Source: an archaeon (GTDB lineage Archaea; Nanobdellota; Nanobdellia; Pacearchaeales; GW2011-AR1). From it: 64,000 nt of DNA. Both the position numbers and the translations under genes were made by a program. Positions 18,135 to 27,566 of the stretch are shown piece after piece; the stretch's first letter is position 1, and the number at the start of each line of letters is the position of its first letter. The stretch is from positions 131,300 through 195,299 of the forward strand of contig JABHSE010000004.1 of NCBI GenBank assembly GCA_018697035.1, read 5' to 3'. The notes below the pieces were generated by a model. That model saw nothing but the letters and a program-made list of their open reading frames with translations, did not search any database and was not told where the DNA came from.

Positions 18135-19817
18135 ATGAGTGTTAGTTTGGTGGAAAACGGTGCTGCCCTTCAATCAATGCGTAATTCTGATTTTGATGCA
18201 TATAGTGCCTACGGTGAAATAATTGATAACTCGATACAAGCAGATGCTAAAATTATTAGAGTTCATTTTGATTATGTACCTGCAACAACTAAACGTGATA
18301 AAGAAGGCCTCAAATATGTTGCGTTTGGTGATGATGGGGAGGGGATGGAACCTGATGTCCTTCATCGTTGTTTGCAATTAGGATATTCAAGTCGTTACAA
18401 TGATCGTTCAGGTATAGGTCGATTTGGTGTAGGAGGTATCTTAGCTGCAATCAATCAGTGCATGAAAATTGAAATGTATTCAAAAGTCGAAACCGGCGAT
18501 TGGTTGTATACTTATGTCGATTTAGGACAAATTATGAAAGGTGAGATGTCTCACATTCCAGAGCCTATCGTTCAAACACCTCCAGATGAATTTTTAAAGT
18601 TTTCGAATCCAGAACATGGAACTATTGCAATCTGGTCTAAGTATGATCGTCAACCAACAAATGCTTCAGAGATTGTATATGGAATGCATATTTGGACAGG
18701 TCGAACTTATAGATATTTTCTTTGGGAAGATACCAAAATAGTTATCAATGACAAAGATGTGTTAGCCATTGATCCGCTTTATTGCTGTGTCGAAAAAACA
18801 AAGCATCCTGAAACAGCTCCTGCTAATCTTTATGATCCAATAGAAATTTCATGGCCTATTGCTGAGGATGATAGGATTGATGGAGGACCTTCCGATTCTG
18901 AAATAACTATAAAGATGAGCTTATTGCCAGAAGAATTACGCCCTAATCGAGGTGCAGGAAATTCAAATAATGCTAAAGATAGATATATTGATAAAAATGA
19001 AGGTTTTTCAATTATCAGAAATAAAAGAGAAGTTTTTTTTGGGCGAATCCCATATTGGCCGGGAAAACCGATTCAAGAAATCGATAGATGGTGGGGGTGT
19101 GAAATATCTTTTGATGCTGTTTTAGATAAAGAGTTCACTGTTAAGAACATTAAAAGAGGTGCTGTCCCGGTTAAAGAATTAAAAAAAGCTTTAAAAGATA
19201 AAATTGAACCAACTAGAAACACCTGTCTTGGAAAAGTAAGAGAACATTGGGATGAGAATAAGGCAAAGTCAAAAATAAATGATAAAGACAATACAACTGA
19301 GACTGGTCATGAGAAAGCTGAAAAGGCTGCCCAAAAGACTAAAACTCCTAAGAATATAATTGATAAAAAGAAAAATATTAATGAAGAGGCTGAGAAAGTA
19401 TCTAACCAGTGGGCTGAACATGCTGACGAGCAACAAAGAAGGCGATGGGAAGAGAAATTTAAAAGCCAGCCTTTTTCTCTTCTTGATGATGAGTGGAAAG
19501 GCCCTGAGTTCTTCGAGACCACACATATGGGTGGCAGTAGTGTTTTAAAATATAATAAGCGACATGATTTTTTCAGAAAAATTGATGAAATAAGGGTATT
19601 ATTGCATGAAAAAAATGATGATAATGATGATGATGCTGCTGAACAATTGAAGGATTTGATTGATCTTCTATTAATCTCATATGCAAAAGCTGAGGCTATG
19701 TTTGATGATGAATTCGAAATGTCAGCTGAAAAATTTATCGAACAAATAAGGATGTCATGGGGCAACTATTTATCGAACTATATTGGAACATATGAAAAAC
19801 AAAATCAAACGGAATAA
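18135..19817 (+). CDS. GHKL (Bergerat-fold, MORC/HATPase_c_3-like) ATPase
   Basis: N-box: YGEIIDNSIQADAK. G1: FGDDGEGM. G2: GRFGVGG. GGAGG RBS before the ATG at 18135. The C-terminal ~110 aa are homologous to the C-terminus of the next gene product. Confidence 0.8.
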   Translation: MSVSLVENGAALQSMRNSDFDAYSAYGEIIDNSIQADAKIIRVHFDYVPATTKRDKEGLKYVAFGDDGEGMEPDVLHRCLQLGYSSRYNDRSGIGRFGVGGILAAINQCMKIEMYSKVETGDWLYTYVDLGQIMKGEMSHIPEPIVQTPPDEFLKFSNPEHGTIAIWSKYDRQPTNASEIVYGMHIWTGRTYRYFLWEDTKIVINDKDVLAIDPLYCCVEKTKHPETAPANLYDPIEISWPIAEDDRIDGGPSDSEITIKMSLLPEELRPNRGAGNSNNAKDRYIDKNEGFSIIRNKREVFFGRIPYWPGKPIQEIDRWWGCEISFDAVLDKEFTVKNIKRGAVPVKELKKALKDKIEPTRNTCLGKVREHWDENKAKSKINDKDNTTETGHEKAEKAAQKTKTPKNIIDKKKNINEEAEKVSNQWAEHADEQQRRRWEEKFKSQPFSLLDDEWKGPEFFETTHMGGSSVLKYNKRHDFFRKIDEIRVLLHEKNDDNDDDAAEQLKDLIDLLLISYAKAEAMFDDEFEMSAEKFIEQIRMSWGNYLSNYIGTYEKQNQTE

Positions 19818-19823
19818 TTTGGG

Positions 19824-20447
19824 ATGAAAACGAACTCTGAAAAACAAGTCGTTATGGGAAATAAAAAATACCCTATTGTTATTTCTTTAAGTGAATACAA
19901 AGGATCTCCATTGGTAGATATCCGAAAGTACTATTTCGATAAAAAATCAGAGGAGATCAAACCAAGTAAAAAAGGTATAGCACTCCAAAAAAACAGTTTC
20001 AATTTGTTGGCGCAAACACTTATTGATTCATCGCCAGAGATAAAAAAATGGTTTGAAGAAAAAAATGAGTATAGTGCCAAGAAAGCAACTCAGACTCTTC
20101 AGGTAAGAGCAGATGCTGTTGAAGAGAATAGACGTCAAGCACAAAACTTTGAAACTGATAAAGAAGGGTGGCAGGCTCCTAATTTTTTTGATGTGGAATC
20201 ATTAGGGGGTTCAGATAAGATTGTATATAACACAAAGCATAGTATGTATGAGTTGTTGAATCAGTTGTCTCAGGGTGATGATAAATCAGCCTCCGACCTT
20301 ATTAATGTCATCCTAATGTCTTATAAAAAAGCAAAAGATATTTTGGATGATGGTGAAGAATATTCTGCTGATGAGTTGTTCAAGTATTTAGAATTTGAAT
20401 GGGGGTTGATACTTTCAAATTACATTAAAACGGTAGGTAAAATATGA
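19824..20447 (+). CDS. PC4/YdbC-like ssDNA-binding domain protein with a C-terminal domain shared with the GHKL ATPase
   Basis: The N-terminus KYPIVISLSEYKGSPLVDIRKYYFDKKSEEIKPSKKGIALQ resembles the p15/PC4 fold signature. The C-terminus aligns with 18135-19817 (see findings). Confidence 0.6.
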   Translation: MKTNSEKQVVMGNKKYPIVISLSEYKGSPLVDIRKYYFDKKSEEIKPSKKGIALQKNSFNLLAQTLIDSSPEIKKWFEEKNEYSAKKATQTLQVRADAVEENRRQAQNFETDKEGWQAPNFFDVESLGGSDKIVYNTKHSMYELLNQLSQGDDKSASDLINVILMSYKKAKDILDDGEEYSADELFKYLEFEWGLILSNYIKTVGKI

Positions 20448-22078
20448 GTGTCTGGAAGTTTTTGGGCAAGTCAGACTTGCAAAAATATTTAGAGGATGAG
20501 CTTTTAGAGCGGTTAGAAGACTTGCTACCCATCTTTGATCCTAACATTGATGGATTCACTATACATTCTAAAAATACTTTAGCAAAAATATTTGAGTCTT
20601 TTATAGCTCCACGCCTTTTCTCTAAAAAAGAATTTCGTGCTCAATTGCTAAATTCTTTTCCAGAATCTAATTTAGATGATATCTGTATTTTGTTAGAAAT
20701 AAAGATAACTGGCCTAAGCTTCGATAAAAAAGTAAAGGCACTTTGCAAAATTCCATGGAAAGAATCTAAAAGGGTTGATCAGTTCTTAGAAGCATTGAAT
20801 TTACCTCTTGATTTCGGTCCTTCTGAAAAGCAATTGCCCGAGAAAGAAAAAATAATTTCATTAGATATAAAAAGGTATCTGACTTTAAAAGATTTTCAAG
20901 CATCTGTTTTCTATAAAGTAGTAGATGAATTAAAAAATCCAAGGGCCAGATTTATCGTCCAAATGCCAACTGGTTCAGGTAAAACAAGAACGGCAATGGA
21001 AATTATTTCATCTGTATTGAACGATAATGAAGAAAAAAGCATTGTTATATGGTTGGCACATTCAGAAGAACTTTGTGAGCAGGCTTATCAATGTTTTGAA
21101 GATACTTGGTATCATACCAAAAATAAGGATTTAAAATTAATTAGATCGTGGGGGGAAGGTGGAAGTTTACCTCAAGATGCTGACCAGAGTTGTATGATCA
21201 TAGGAGGCTTTCAGAAGCTTTATGCCATATTAAAAAAAGACCCTTCATATTTCGATAAATTACGTAGTCATGTTAAATTAATTGTTGTTGATGAAGCTCA
21301 TAAAGTTTTAGCTCCAACATACAAAAAAGTTACTGATTCTTTAATTGGCGATGATACTTGCATGATAGGTTTAACTGCAACGCCAGGCAGGAGTATAATT
21401 GATGAGGATCAAAATAAAGATCTCGCTAATTATTTTTTTCAAAAGATTATCAATATAGATACTGGCAAAGAACCTGTCATTAAATATCTAAGAGACAGGA
21501 AAATATTAGCCCGAACAAATTACCATCCAATTAAAACAAACCGAACTTATGAACTTACCAAGAAAGAACAAGAACATTTAGAGAAATTCTTCGACTTGCC
21601 TAAAGGCATCTTAAAAAGAATCGGTGCTGATGATGCAAGAAATATTGAAATCATAAAAATTTTACAGGATGATTGTGCTTTGAATAAGCAAATTTTATTT
21701 TTTGCTTGCAGTGTAGAGCATTCACAATTCATTACTGCATTGCTTAACATGCTTGGAATAAAGGCTGCCCATGTTGATGGAGAACTTCCTAAAGGAAGAA
21801 GGGCTGCAATAATTAATGAATTCAGAGAGAATAAAATTCAGGTTTTATGTAACTATGGTGTTTTGTCTACTGGTTTTGATGCTCCTAAAATCGATGTAGT
21901 ATTCATATCTCGACCTACTGGTTCAGTAGTTTTGTACAGTCAAATGATAGGCCGGGGACTCAGAGGTCCATCAATAGGCGGTACAGAAGAATGCAAAATT
22001 GTTGATTTGATTGATAATATTACCGGTTTTGGGAATGAAGATAAAGTCTATGAATATTTTGATGAATATTATTCGTAA
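20444..22078 (+). CDS. Superfamily-2 DEAH helicase (type III restriction Res-like)
   Basis: Motif I: QMPTGSGKT. Motif II: VVDEAHK. Motif III: LTATPGR. Motif VI: QMIGRGLRG. The start overlaps the upstream stop (ATGA). Confidence 0.85.
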   Translation: MSVWKFLGKSDLQKYLEDELLERLEDLLPIFDPNIDGFTIHSKNTLAKIFESFIAPRLFSKKEFRAQLLNSFPESNLDDICILLEIKITGLSFDKKVKALCKIPWKESKRVDQFLEALNLPLDFGPSEKQLPEKEKIISLDIKRYLTLKDFQASVFYKVVDELKNPRARFIVQMPTGSGKTRTAMEIISSVLNDNEEKSIVIWLAHSEELCEQAYQCFEDTWYHTKNKDLKLIRSWGEGGSLPQDADQSCMIIGGFQKLYAILKKDPSYFDKLRSHVKLIVVDEAHKVLAPTYKKVTDSLIGDDTCMIGLTATPGRSIIDEDQNKDLANYFFQKIINIDTGKEPVIKYLRDRKILARTNYHPIKTNRTYELTKKEQEHLEKFFDLPKGILKRIGADDARNIEIIKILQDDCALNKQILFFACSVEHSQFITALLNMLGIKAAHVDGELPKGRRAAIINEFRENKIQVLCNYGVLSTGFDAPKIDVVFISRPTGSVVLYSQMIGRGLRGPSIGGTEECKIVDLIDNITGFGNEDKVYEYFDEYYS

Positions 22079-22093
22079 TCCGACATTCTAAAA

Positions 22094-23053
22094 GTGATAA
22101 AAATGAATGGACTTCTTAAATCAATAATTTTTAATAAAGACTTTAACGATTCAATTCAAGAATCTTTATCTTCAGCATCTTACGTTTATATTTTTAGTGC
22201 ATTTGTCAAAACAGATGCATTAAAGTGGGTTGCAAATAATATTGGTGAAAATACACAAGTAAAAGTTATAGCTCGCTGGCAATTTAATGATTTAATTTCT
22301 GGGGCTTCAGATATTACCGCTTACAAATTCGCTAACCAGAATAATTGGGATTTTGCTATCAATACTAATATGCATTTCAAAATTTATTTGATTGATGAAA
22401 AAAAATTATATGTTGGTAGTGCGAATTTAACTAATTCTGGATTTCATTTAAGTGGTTTTGGGAATGATGAAGCAAGTGTTCAAGTAGTTCCAAGCTCAAT
22501 CGATATAATGCAATTAAGAAGGTATGCAGATTCATGCTGTATTATAACAGATGATCTTTATGAGAAGTTAATTGAATATTATAATAAAAGAGATAAACAG
22601 CAAATCAATCTAAAAAAAGATTGGCCTTCAGATTTAAAGAACAAAATTATAACAACACTTGATCAGCTTTGGGTTCATGACTTGTTTTTTAATTCACCTC
22701 AATCTTTAGAATCTGCTGAAGGTGAGCATCTTAGTCATGATCGTGCTTTATTGAATGTACAAGGAATTAATTTAAAACAAAAAGATGATTTACTAAATAG
22801 ATTCAAATCCACATTATTATGGGACTGGGTATATAGAACTGTTGGTAATAGCGAAGATAAGTATGTGAGGTTTGGAGAAATTACAGCTAAACTTCACAAT
22901 TCTTTATTAGATGATCCAAAGCCCTACAGGAAAACTGTAAAGAGTTTTGTCTCCAACATATTTGAATGGGTTCGATACTTAGACCCAGACGAAATAGGTA
23001 TTAAAAAGTTCAATCATACAGAAGCATTATTCTTAATCGAACAACAGGAATAA
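22094..23053 (+). CDS. Phospholipase-D-family (single HKD, Nuc-like) nuclease
   Basis: HFKIYLIDEKKLYVGSANLTNSG is an exact HxK(x)4D(x)6GSxN motif. The start is either the GTG at 22094 or the ATG at 22103. Confidence 0.8.
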   Translation: MIKMNGLLKSIIFNKDFNDSIQESLSSASYVYIFSAFVKTDALKWVANNIGENTQVKVIARWQFNDLISGASDITAYKFANQNNWDFAINTNMHFKIYLIDEKKLYVGSANLTNSGFHLSGFGNDEASVQVVPSSIDIMQLRRYADSCCIITDDLYEKLIEYYNKRDKQQINLKKDWPSDLKNKIITTLDQLWVHDLFFNSPQSLESAEGEHLSHDRALLNVQGINLKQKDDLLNRFKSTLLWDWVYRTVGNSEDKYVRFGEITAKLHNSLLDDPKPYRKTVKSFVSNIFEWVRYLDPDEIGIKKFNHTEALFLIEQQE

Positions 23054-23058
23054 TATAA

Positions 23059-23943
23059 ATGGATCTTCCAGGAAACTATTTAAAAAATGTCAGTGAAGGT
23101 ATGGACGTTGAGGTTAATCCTCAGAAAGATAGGACAAGAAAAAAGCGTGTAAAAGGAGTTGTGAAAAAAATTCTGAGCAGGACTCCTGAACACACACATG
23201 GAATTCTTGTTGAATTAGACAACGGTGAAATAGGCCGTATAAAAACAATACTGGATTTTTCATCAGGTTCTGTGAATGATCCCTCTTCCAAGGCTTCAAA
23301 TACTGTTGATGTCAAACCTCCAGATACTGAAGAGATCCATTCAAGTGACGAGTCTGTTAGCCAAAGCAAAACAAAGCCGAAATTCGATATCGAAAAGACT
23401 ATTGAAAATCCAAAAGAAGAGAATCACTTTGTTGAATTTAAAACGAGCAGCTTATGGAGTGTACGGTATAGCGATCAACAGATCCGGGAGTCATCCTCAT
23501 ATGAAATAAAAGAATATGGTCGCAATGCTTCAAAATTTATCATTGCAAAGACCATAGGAAGCTTTCTGAATTCTGATGGTGGACACTTAATTGTTGGTGT
23601 AAAAGAGAACAAAATCGGGGGAAATAATGAAGTCATTGGAATAGAATCCGAATTTTTCAAGCTTCAAGATCCTTGCCTTGACGGATACAGGAGAATGATA
23701 GTTGACCAGATCATTAAGTTATTTTTCCCGGCTGAAGTTTTCCATCATATCAATGATTATATGGAAATAAACTTTAAAGAAATTGATGAAAAAACTGTTT
23801 GTCACATCCTGGTTCGCCCAAGTAAAACGAAAGTTTTCATCAATTTTAAAAATAAGGGACATTTTTTCATTAGGATTGATGCAAGCTCAAGAGAATTACG
23901 TGGAGAAGATGTTGTTGATTATTGTCTTCGTAGATTTACTTGA
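23059..23943 (+). CDS. YwbE/DUF2196-like N-terminal domain fused to a Schlafen/AlbA_2-type DNA-binding domain
   Basis: The N-terminus GMDVEVNPQKDRTRKKRVKGVVKKILSRTPEHTHGILVELDNGEIGRI resembles B. subtilis YwbE. The C-terminus ENHFVEFKTSS..IAKTIGSFLNSDGGHLIVGV is typical of AlbA_2. Confidence 0.65.
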   Translation: MDLPGNYLKNVSEGMDVEVNPQKDRTRKKRVKGVVKKILSRTPEHTHGILVELDNGEIGRIKTILDFSSGSVNDPSSKASNTVDVKPPDTEEIHSSDESVSQSKTKPKFDIEKTIENPKEENHFVEFKTSSLWSVRYSDQQIRESSSYEIKEYGRNASKFIIAKTIGSFLNSDGGHLIVGVKENKIGGNNEVIGIESEFFKLQDPCLDGYRRMIVDQIIKLFFPAEVFHHINDYMEINFKEIDEKTVCHILVRPSKTKVFINFKNKGHFFIRIDASSRELRGEDVVDYCLRRFT

Positions 23944-23947
23944 GTAG

Positions 23948-25951
23948 CTAAGTCTCAATGTCAAAGCCTTTTATCAATATACCCTTATCTGCAATTCCTT
24001 CATCGAACTCATCGATGTTTGGCCCAAATCCGCTTAGATCAAGCCATTCAAAAGAAGAGAGTTGGACATCAAAAGAACGCTGATCCTTATATTTAGGGAA
24101 GCCGTCCTCAATATATTGAGATTTTAGATACAGCGGCTGCGGCTTGAATTTATCTCCATAGGTAAAAAAATCGATTCGTTGCTCTCTTAGATTGATTTTG
24201 ATCCTTTCCATGAGAAGAGGCAAAGGCTTATTTTCAAAATCATCATATTTCATCAGAGAAACTTTATTTGATTGCATATGGATTTTAATCATATCAACTT
24301 CATACAAATCACCATAGAGCTGTGTGGCACAACCGATATACGTTCTTAAAACTGGTGAGAGTTGGTTGATGTAATCTATATGAATGGTCCAGGAGTGATC
24401 ACCATCCATACGGCCAGTTTTAAGGTTTTCATCGGCTTTTTGGCATTCTGATTTAATCGTTTGAGTATTCCCTACTGAAAAAAGCAGGTCTGTGGATTCT
24501 TGGATGGTATCTGTATACTTGTTAAAAAAATGCTTAATATCTTTTTGAAGCACTCTCGGCATTGTTTTGTATGGCTTTCTCCGACTAAAAAGACCAAGGG
24601 CAAAGTGAACAAGAAGGTCTTTTCTTCTTTCAGATTCTGCCAGCTGAAAATTTAATTTGTCATAAATTTCCGTAGCAAGTGTGAATGCTTTTTGATGAGA
24701 CCCGCAGGTAGCCCGGAGTTCTTCTGATCTTTTATATTCTGAATTTAAAGGGAGGCGACCAAATTCTAAGCAAGTGTTCCAAAAGTCATTCAACAGATCT
24801 TTATGCCTTGTGTAAAATGCCTGTTGCTTGATTTTTAACCTATCCGGAGAATCTGTATAAGATATCCTTTTCCAGTTCTTTCTTCTTCCCTGCCGATTTA
24901 TTAGAAGCTGTTGTTCTTCAATTTTATCTTTAAAAATATAGAATACGCCAGGGCCGACCGCTATTGCTAATTCACCTAAAGATCCTTCAAGATATTCCCG
25001 AAACTCATTCTGCGTATAATATTTTTGAAAGGTGTTTCTTGAGGTTATAACTCCATCACCATATTGCTTGAACTTGCTTGTTATAGATTCACTGCCTAGC
25101 ATGACAGAAGCTACAAGAAATTTCTTTGAGAGAGTGTAAGCTTTTTTTAGAGTCTGGGTTCTTTCACTGGGAGATTCAATAATATTGATGACAAAGCCCA
25201 AATTTACAATATCAGCCTTTACGATTTTTGAATCACTTCGATAAACAGGGTCCCAACCGGATGCATTCACACCCAATTCATTTACAATATTAAGATCATC
25301 ACATTTGCCGCAACCATAGTCAAAAAAGGTATAATTTCCATTCAGATAATTATTCCTGTAAAGGGATTGTACCGGCGTTGAAAGGCTGTATCTATCAATT
25401 GCAGTCTTATGCCTCTCTATTCCATTATCAAAAACCCTTTTTTTAACAATTTCATGACCGATGATAGAAAGGCCTTTTTCTTTAAGGATTTCTTCCCATC
25501 TGTTTTTAAATCCTATGATACGCTTATTCTCAAACAGACCTTCATTTTCAGCCTGGGTTGTTAATTTCTTATAGTCAGGGATTAAAGGATTTGAAGGTTC
25601 TAATAATGTCTCTTTGCGATGCAGAATGGGCGGATTTTTTGAATTTGTATATTGAATCTTTTTACATGTTAAATTTTCCAGATCAATTGAATGGCTGCTT
25701 TTTAAAGATGGAAATGCAGCTGTGTAAAATTCAGGGTAATTTAATAATGAAATTTTGAATTCTCTTTTAAAGAATTTAATAAGGTTCCAGGTGATTGATT
25801 CAAATCCAAGTTCAATAACTTGTGATTCAAGGAAGTTTTTTAAGGGTAATGGCAAGCATTTCACGGCTGATTCATGTAGATAAATAGCATCAGGTAGATG
25901 TTTGCCTATTTTGATTTTTTTTATTGTTTTTAAATAATTTGGTTTATTCAT
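23948..25951 (-). CDS. SAM-dependent methyltransferase of the 'DNA phosphorothioation-associated putative methyltransferase' type
   Basis: 667 aa with SAM motif I FFDYGCGKCDDL..GWDP. The overall layout matches my recollection of the Dnd-related methyltransferase family. It is convergent with the nine-gene operon, separated by a 4-nt gap. Confidence 0.6.
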   Translation of the reverse strand: MNKPNYLKTIKKIKIGKHLPDAIYLHESAVKCLPLPLKNFLESQVIELGFESITWNLIKFFKREFKISLLNYPEFYTAAFPSLKSSHSIDLENLTCKKIQYTNSKNPPILHRKETLLEPSNPLIPDYKKLTTQAENEGLFENKRIIGFKNRWEEILKEKGLSIIGHEIVKKRVFDNGIERHKTAIDRYSLSTPVQSLYRNNYLNGNYTFFDYGCGKCDDLNIVNELGVNASGWDPVYRSDSKIVKADIVNLGFVINIIESPSERTQTLKKAYTLSKKFLVASVMLGSESITSKFKQYGDGVITSRNTFQKYYTQNEFREYLEGSLGELAIAVGPGVFYIFKDKIEEQQLLINRQGRRKNWKRISYTDSPDRLKIKQQAFYTRHKDLLNDFWNTCLEFGRLPLNSEYKRSEELRATCGSHQKAFTLATEIYDKLNFQLAESERRKDLLVHFALGLFSRRKPYKTMPRVLQKDIKHFFNKYTDTIQESTDLLFSVGNTQTIKSECQKADENLKTGRMDGDHSWTIHIDYINQLSPVLRTYIGCATQLYGDLYEVDMIKIHMQSNKVSLMKYDDFENKPLPLLMERIKINLREQRIDFFTYGDKFKPQPLYLKSQYIEDGFPKYKDQRSFDVQLSSFEWLDLSGFGPNIDEFDEGIADKGILIKGFDIET

Positions 25952-26000
25952 GAAAATATATAACCTACGGTCCCAATATAATTTTAGGAATCTAAATGCA

Positions 26001-26357
26001 TCACATTGTCCTCCAATTAACTATTTCACCTAAAGAAAAGGATCTAAATCTTCCTTTCCCTGCTTGACCATGAAGCAGTCCCCTTTTCTGTTTGGATCGT
26101 TTTTTATTTTTTTTCCATGATCCTCCCAAGCTTCCAAATGACATTTCAGCATCATCATCAAAAATACCATGACCATTATCTGAGACTTCTATTTTGTCGA
26201 TACCTTTGATTGGATTTTCATAAAAGCGAACAGAAACTTTCTCCGCATCAGCATCAAATGAATTCCAAATTAATTCAGCGATAGCTAAAATAGGTTTTTT
26301 TACTTTGGTCGTACGTTTTAAATGGTCATTTTTTACTTGAATTTTGACTTCTTTCAT
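26001..26357 (-). pseudogene. N-terminal fragment (118 aa) of a GHKL ATPase, probably truncated
   Basis: N-box AELIWNSFDADAEK and G1 VSDNGHGI are present, but the ORF stops just after the GSLGGSWKK region. Full-length relatives are several-fold longer. Confidence 0.45.
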
Positions 26358-26895
26358 TTTTATTCACCATTCATTTTGTTTTTGGAACCTATTAGAATAA
26401 AAAATATTGATTACTCCAATTATAGAGAATCGTAATGAATTATATTATACGAACTTAGACTGATTCCTATATGGATCAATAGCCACAATTCATTCGACTA
26501 ATCAATTTAAGAATCATGGTCAAGGGGAAAATTATTTTTACGCTTGAAATTAGTATATTTTGATTGACAAATTTTGATTATTTAAATTATATTAAAAAAA
26601 TAAACGGTACACTTTTCATCAGTTTGATGAACCTTTTTACAAATGACATACTCCTGGAATAGAGCTGATCTGTTTTAAATATTTCGATTTTTTGACGTGG
26701 AATAGCCTGAAGATAGGCTTATCGTGATTTTTTATGAATTTGCTAACAAGAAAGGACTGTTTTATATGCTGTTGGTTTACAAATTTTTATTGTGGAAAAT
26801 TTTTGTTGCATTCAATTGTTTTGTTCGAGGAGAAGTTACTGTTTTTGATAGATTTTTTATAAGAACGCTCAAAATAAGAAAGGTTCACTCTTCTG

Positions 26896-27549
26896 ATGAA
26901 AAGTAAACCATCGTCCAAAAAGAAAAACCAGAGAAACGTCTGGATAGTTGATGAAAGCAAGTGCCTTAGAAAAAGCGAAGTTAATAAACTCAAAAGATTT
27001 TGTCTTCAGTTAAAAATTAAAGGGCTGCAGAATAAGAAATTCACCGCTGTAAGAAACTGGTTTATGATTGAGCTTGGATTAAATACCGGCCTCAGAGTTC
27101 AGGAAATGGCCTCACTAAAACATTTCAATCTTTTTTTAGATGAGGGGCGATCTTCCATTTTATTTATAGGTAAAGGTAATAAGAAAAGATCAGTTTGGCT
27201 AAGTTCAGCTTTCAAAAAGAAATGCATTCATTATCTAAAATTCAAAAGCCGGTTTGGTTTTTCAACCGATCCAGACTCCTGTCTTCTGAATAATCTTAAA
27301 GATGAAGGGATTTCAAAAAGAGCATTGCAAAAATTTTTTAAAATCCTTGTAAAAAGAGCAGGACTCCCAGGACGTTACCATATTCACAATTTGCGACACA
27401 CTTATACAACCTTTCTACTTAAGGCCAGTCATTACAATTATAGATTTGTACAAAAACAGCTTGGACACGCCTCAATAACGACAACTCAGGTTTATGCTGG
27501 AGTCGTTGAATCTGAGGGAAGAAAAGCAATTGAAAAAATATACAAATAA
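26896..27549 (+). CDS. Tyrosine recombinase, catalytic domain only (217 aa)
   Basis: GLRVQEM (Arg), GKGNKKR (Lys), HNLRHTYTT (HxxR) and LGHASITTTQVYAGV (His..Tyr). No N-terminal core-binding domain. Confidence 0.85.
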   Translation: MKSKPSSKKKNQRNVWIVDESKCLRKSEVNKLKRFCLQLKIKGLQNKKFTAVRNWFMIELGLNTGLRVQEMASLKHFNLFLDEGRSSILFIGKGNKKRSVWLSSAFKKKCIHYLKFKSRFGFSTDPDSCLLNNLKDEGISKRALQKFFKILVKRAGLPGRYHIHNLRHTYTTFLLKASHYNYRFVQKQLGHASITTTQVYAGVVESEGRKAIEKIYK

Positions 27550-27566
27550 AATAAGGGAGAAATCTT

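Noticed and set aside
19073-19765. Minus-strand ORFs (72-152 aa) within the GHKL ATPase gene.
   Set aside because: They are antisense to a gene with clear Bergerat-fold motifs. Their products are Ser/Phe/Leu-rich and low-complexity.
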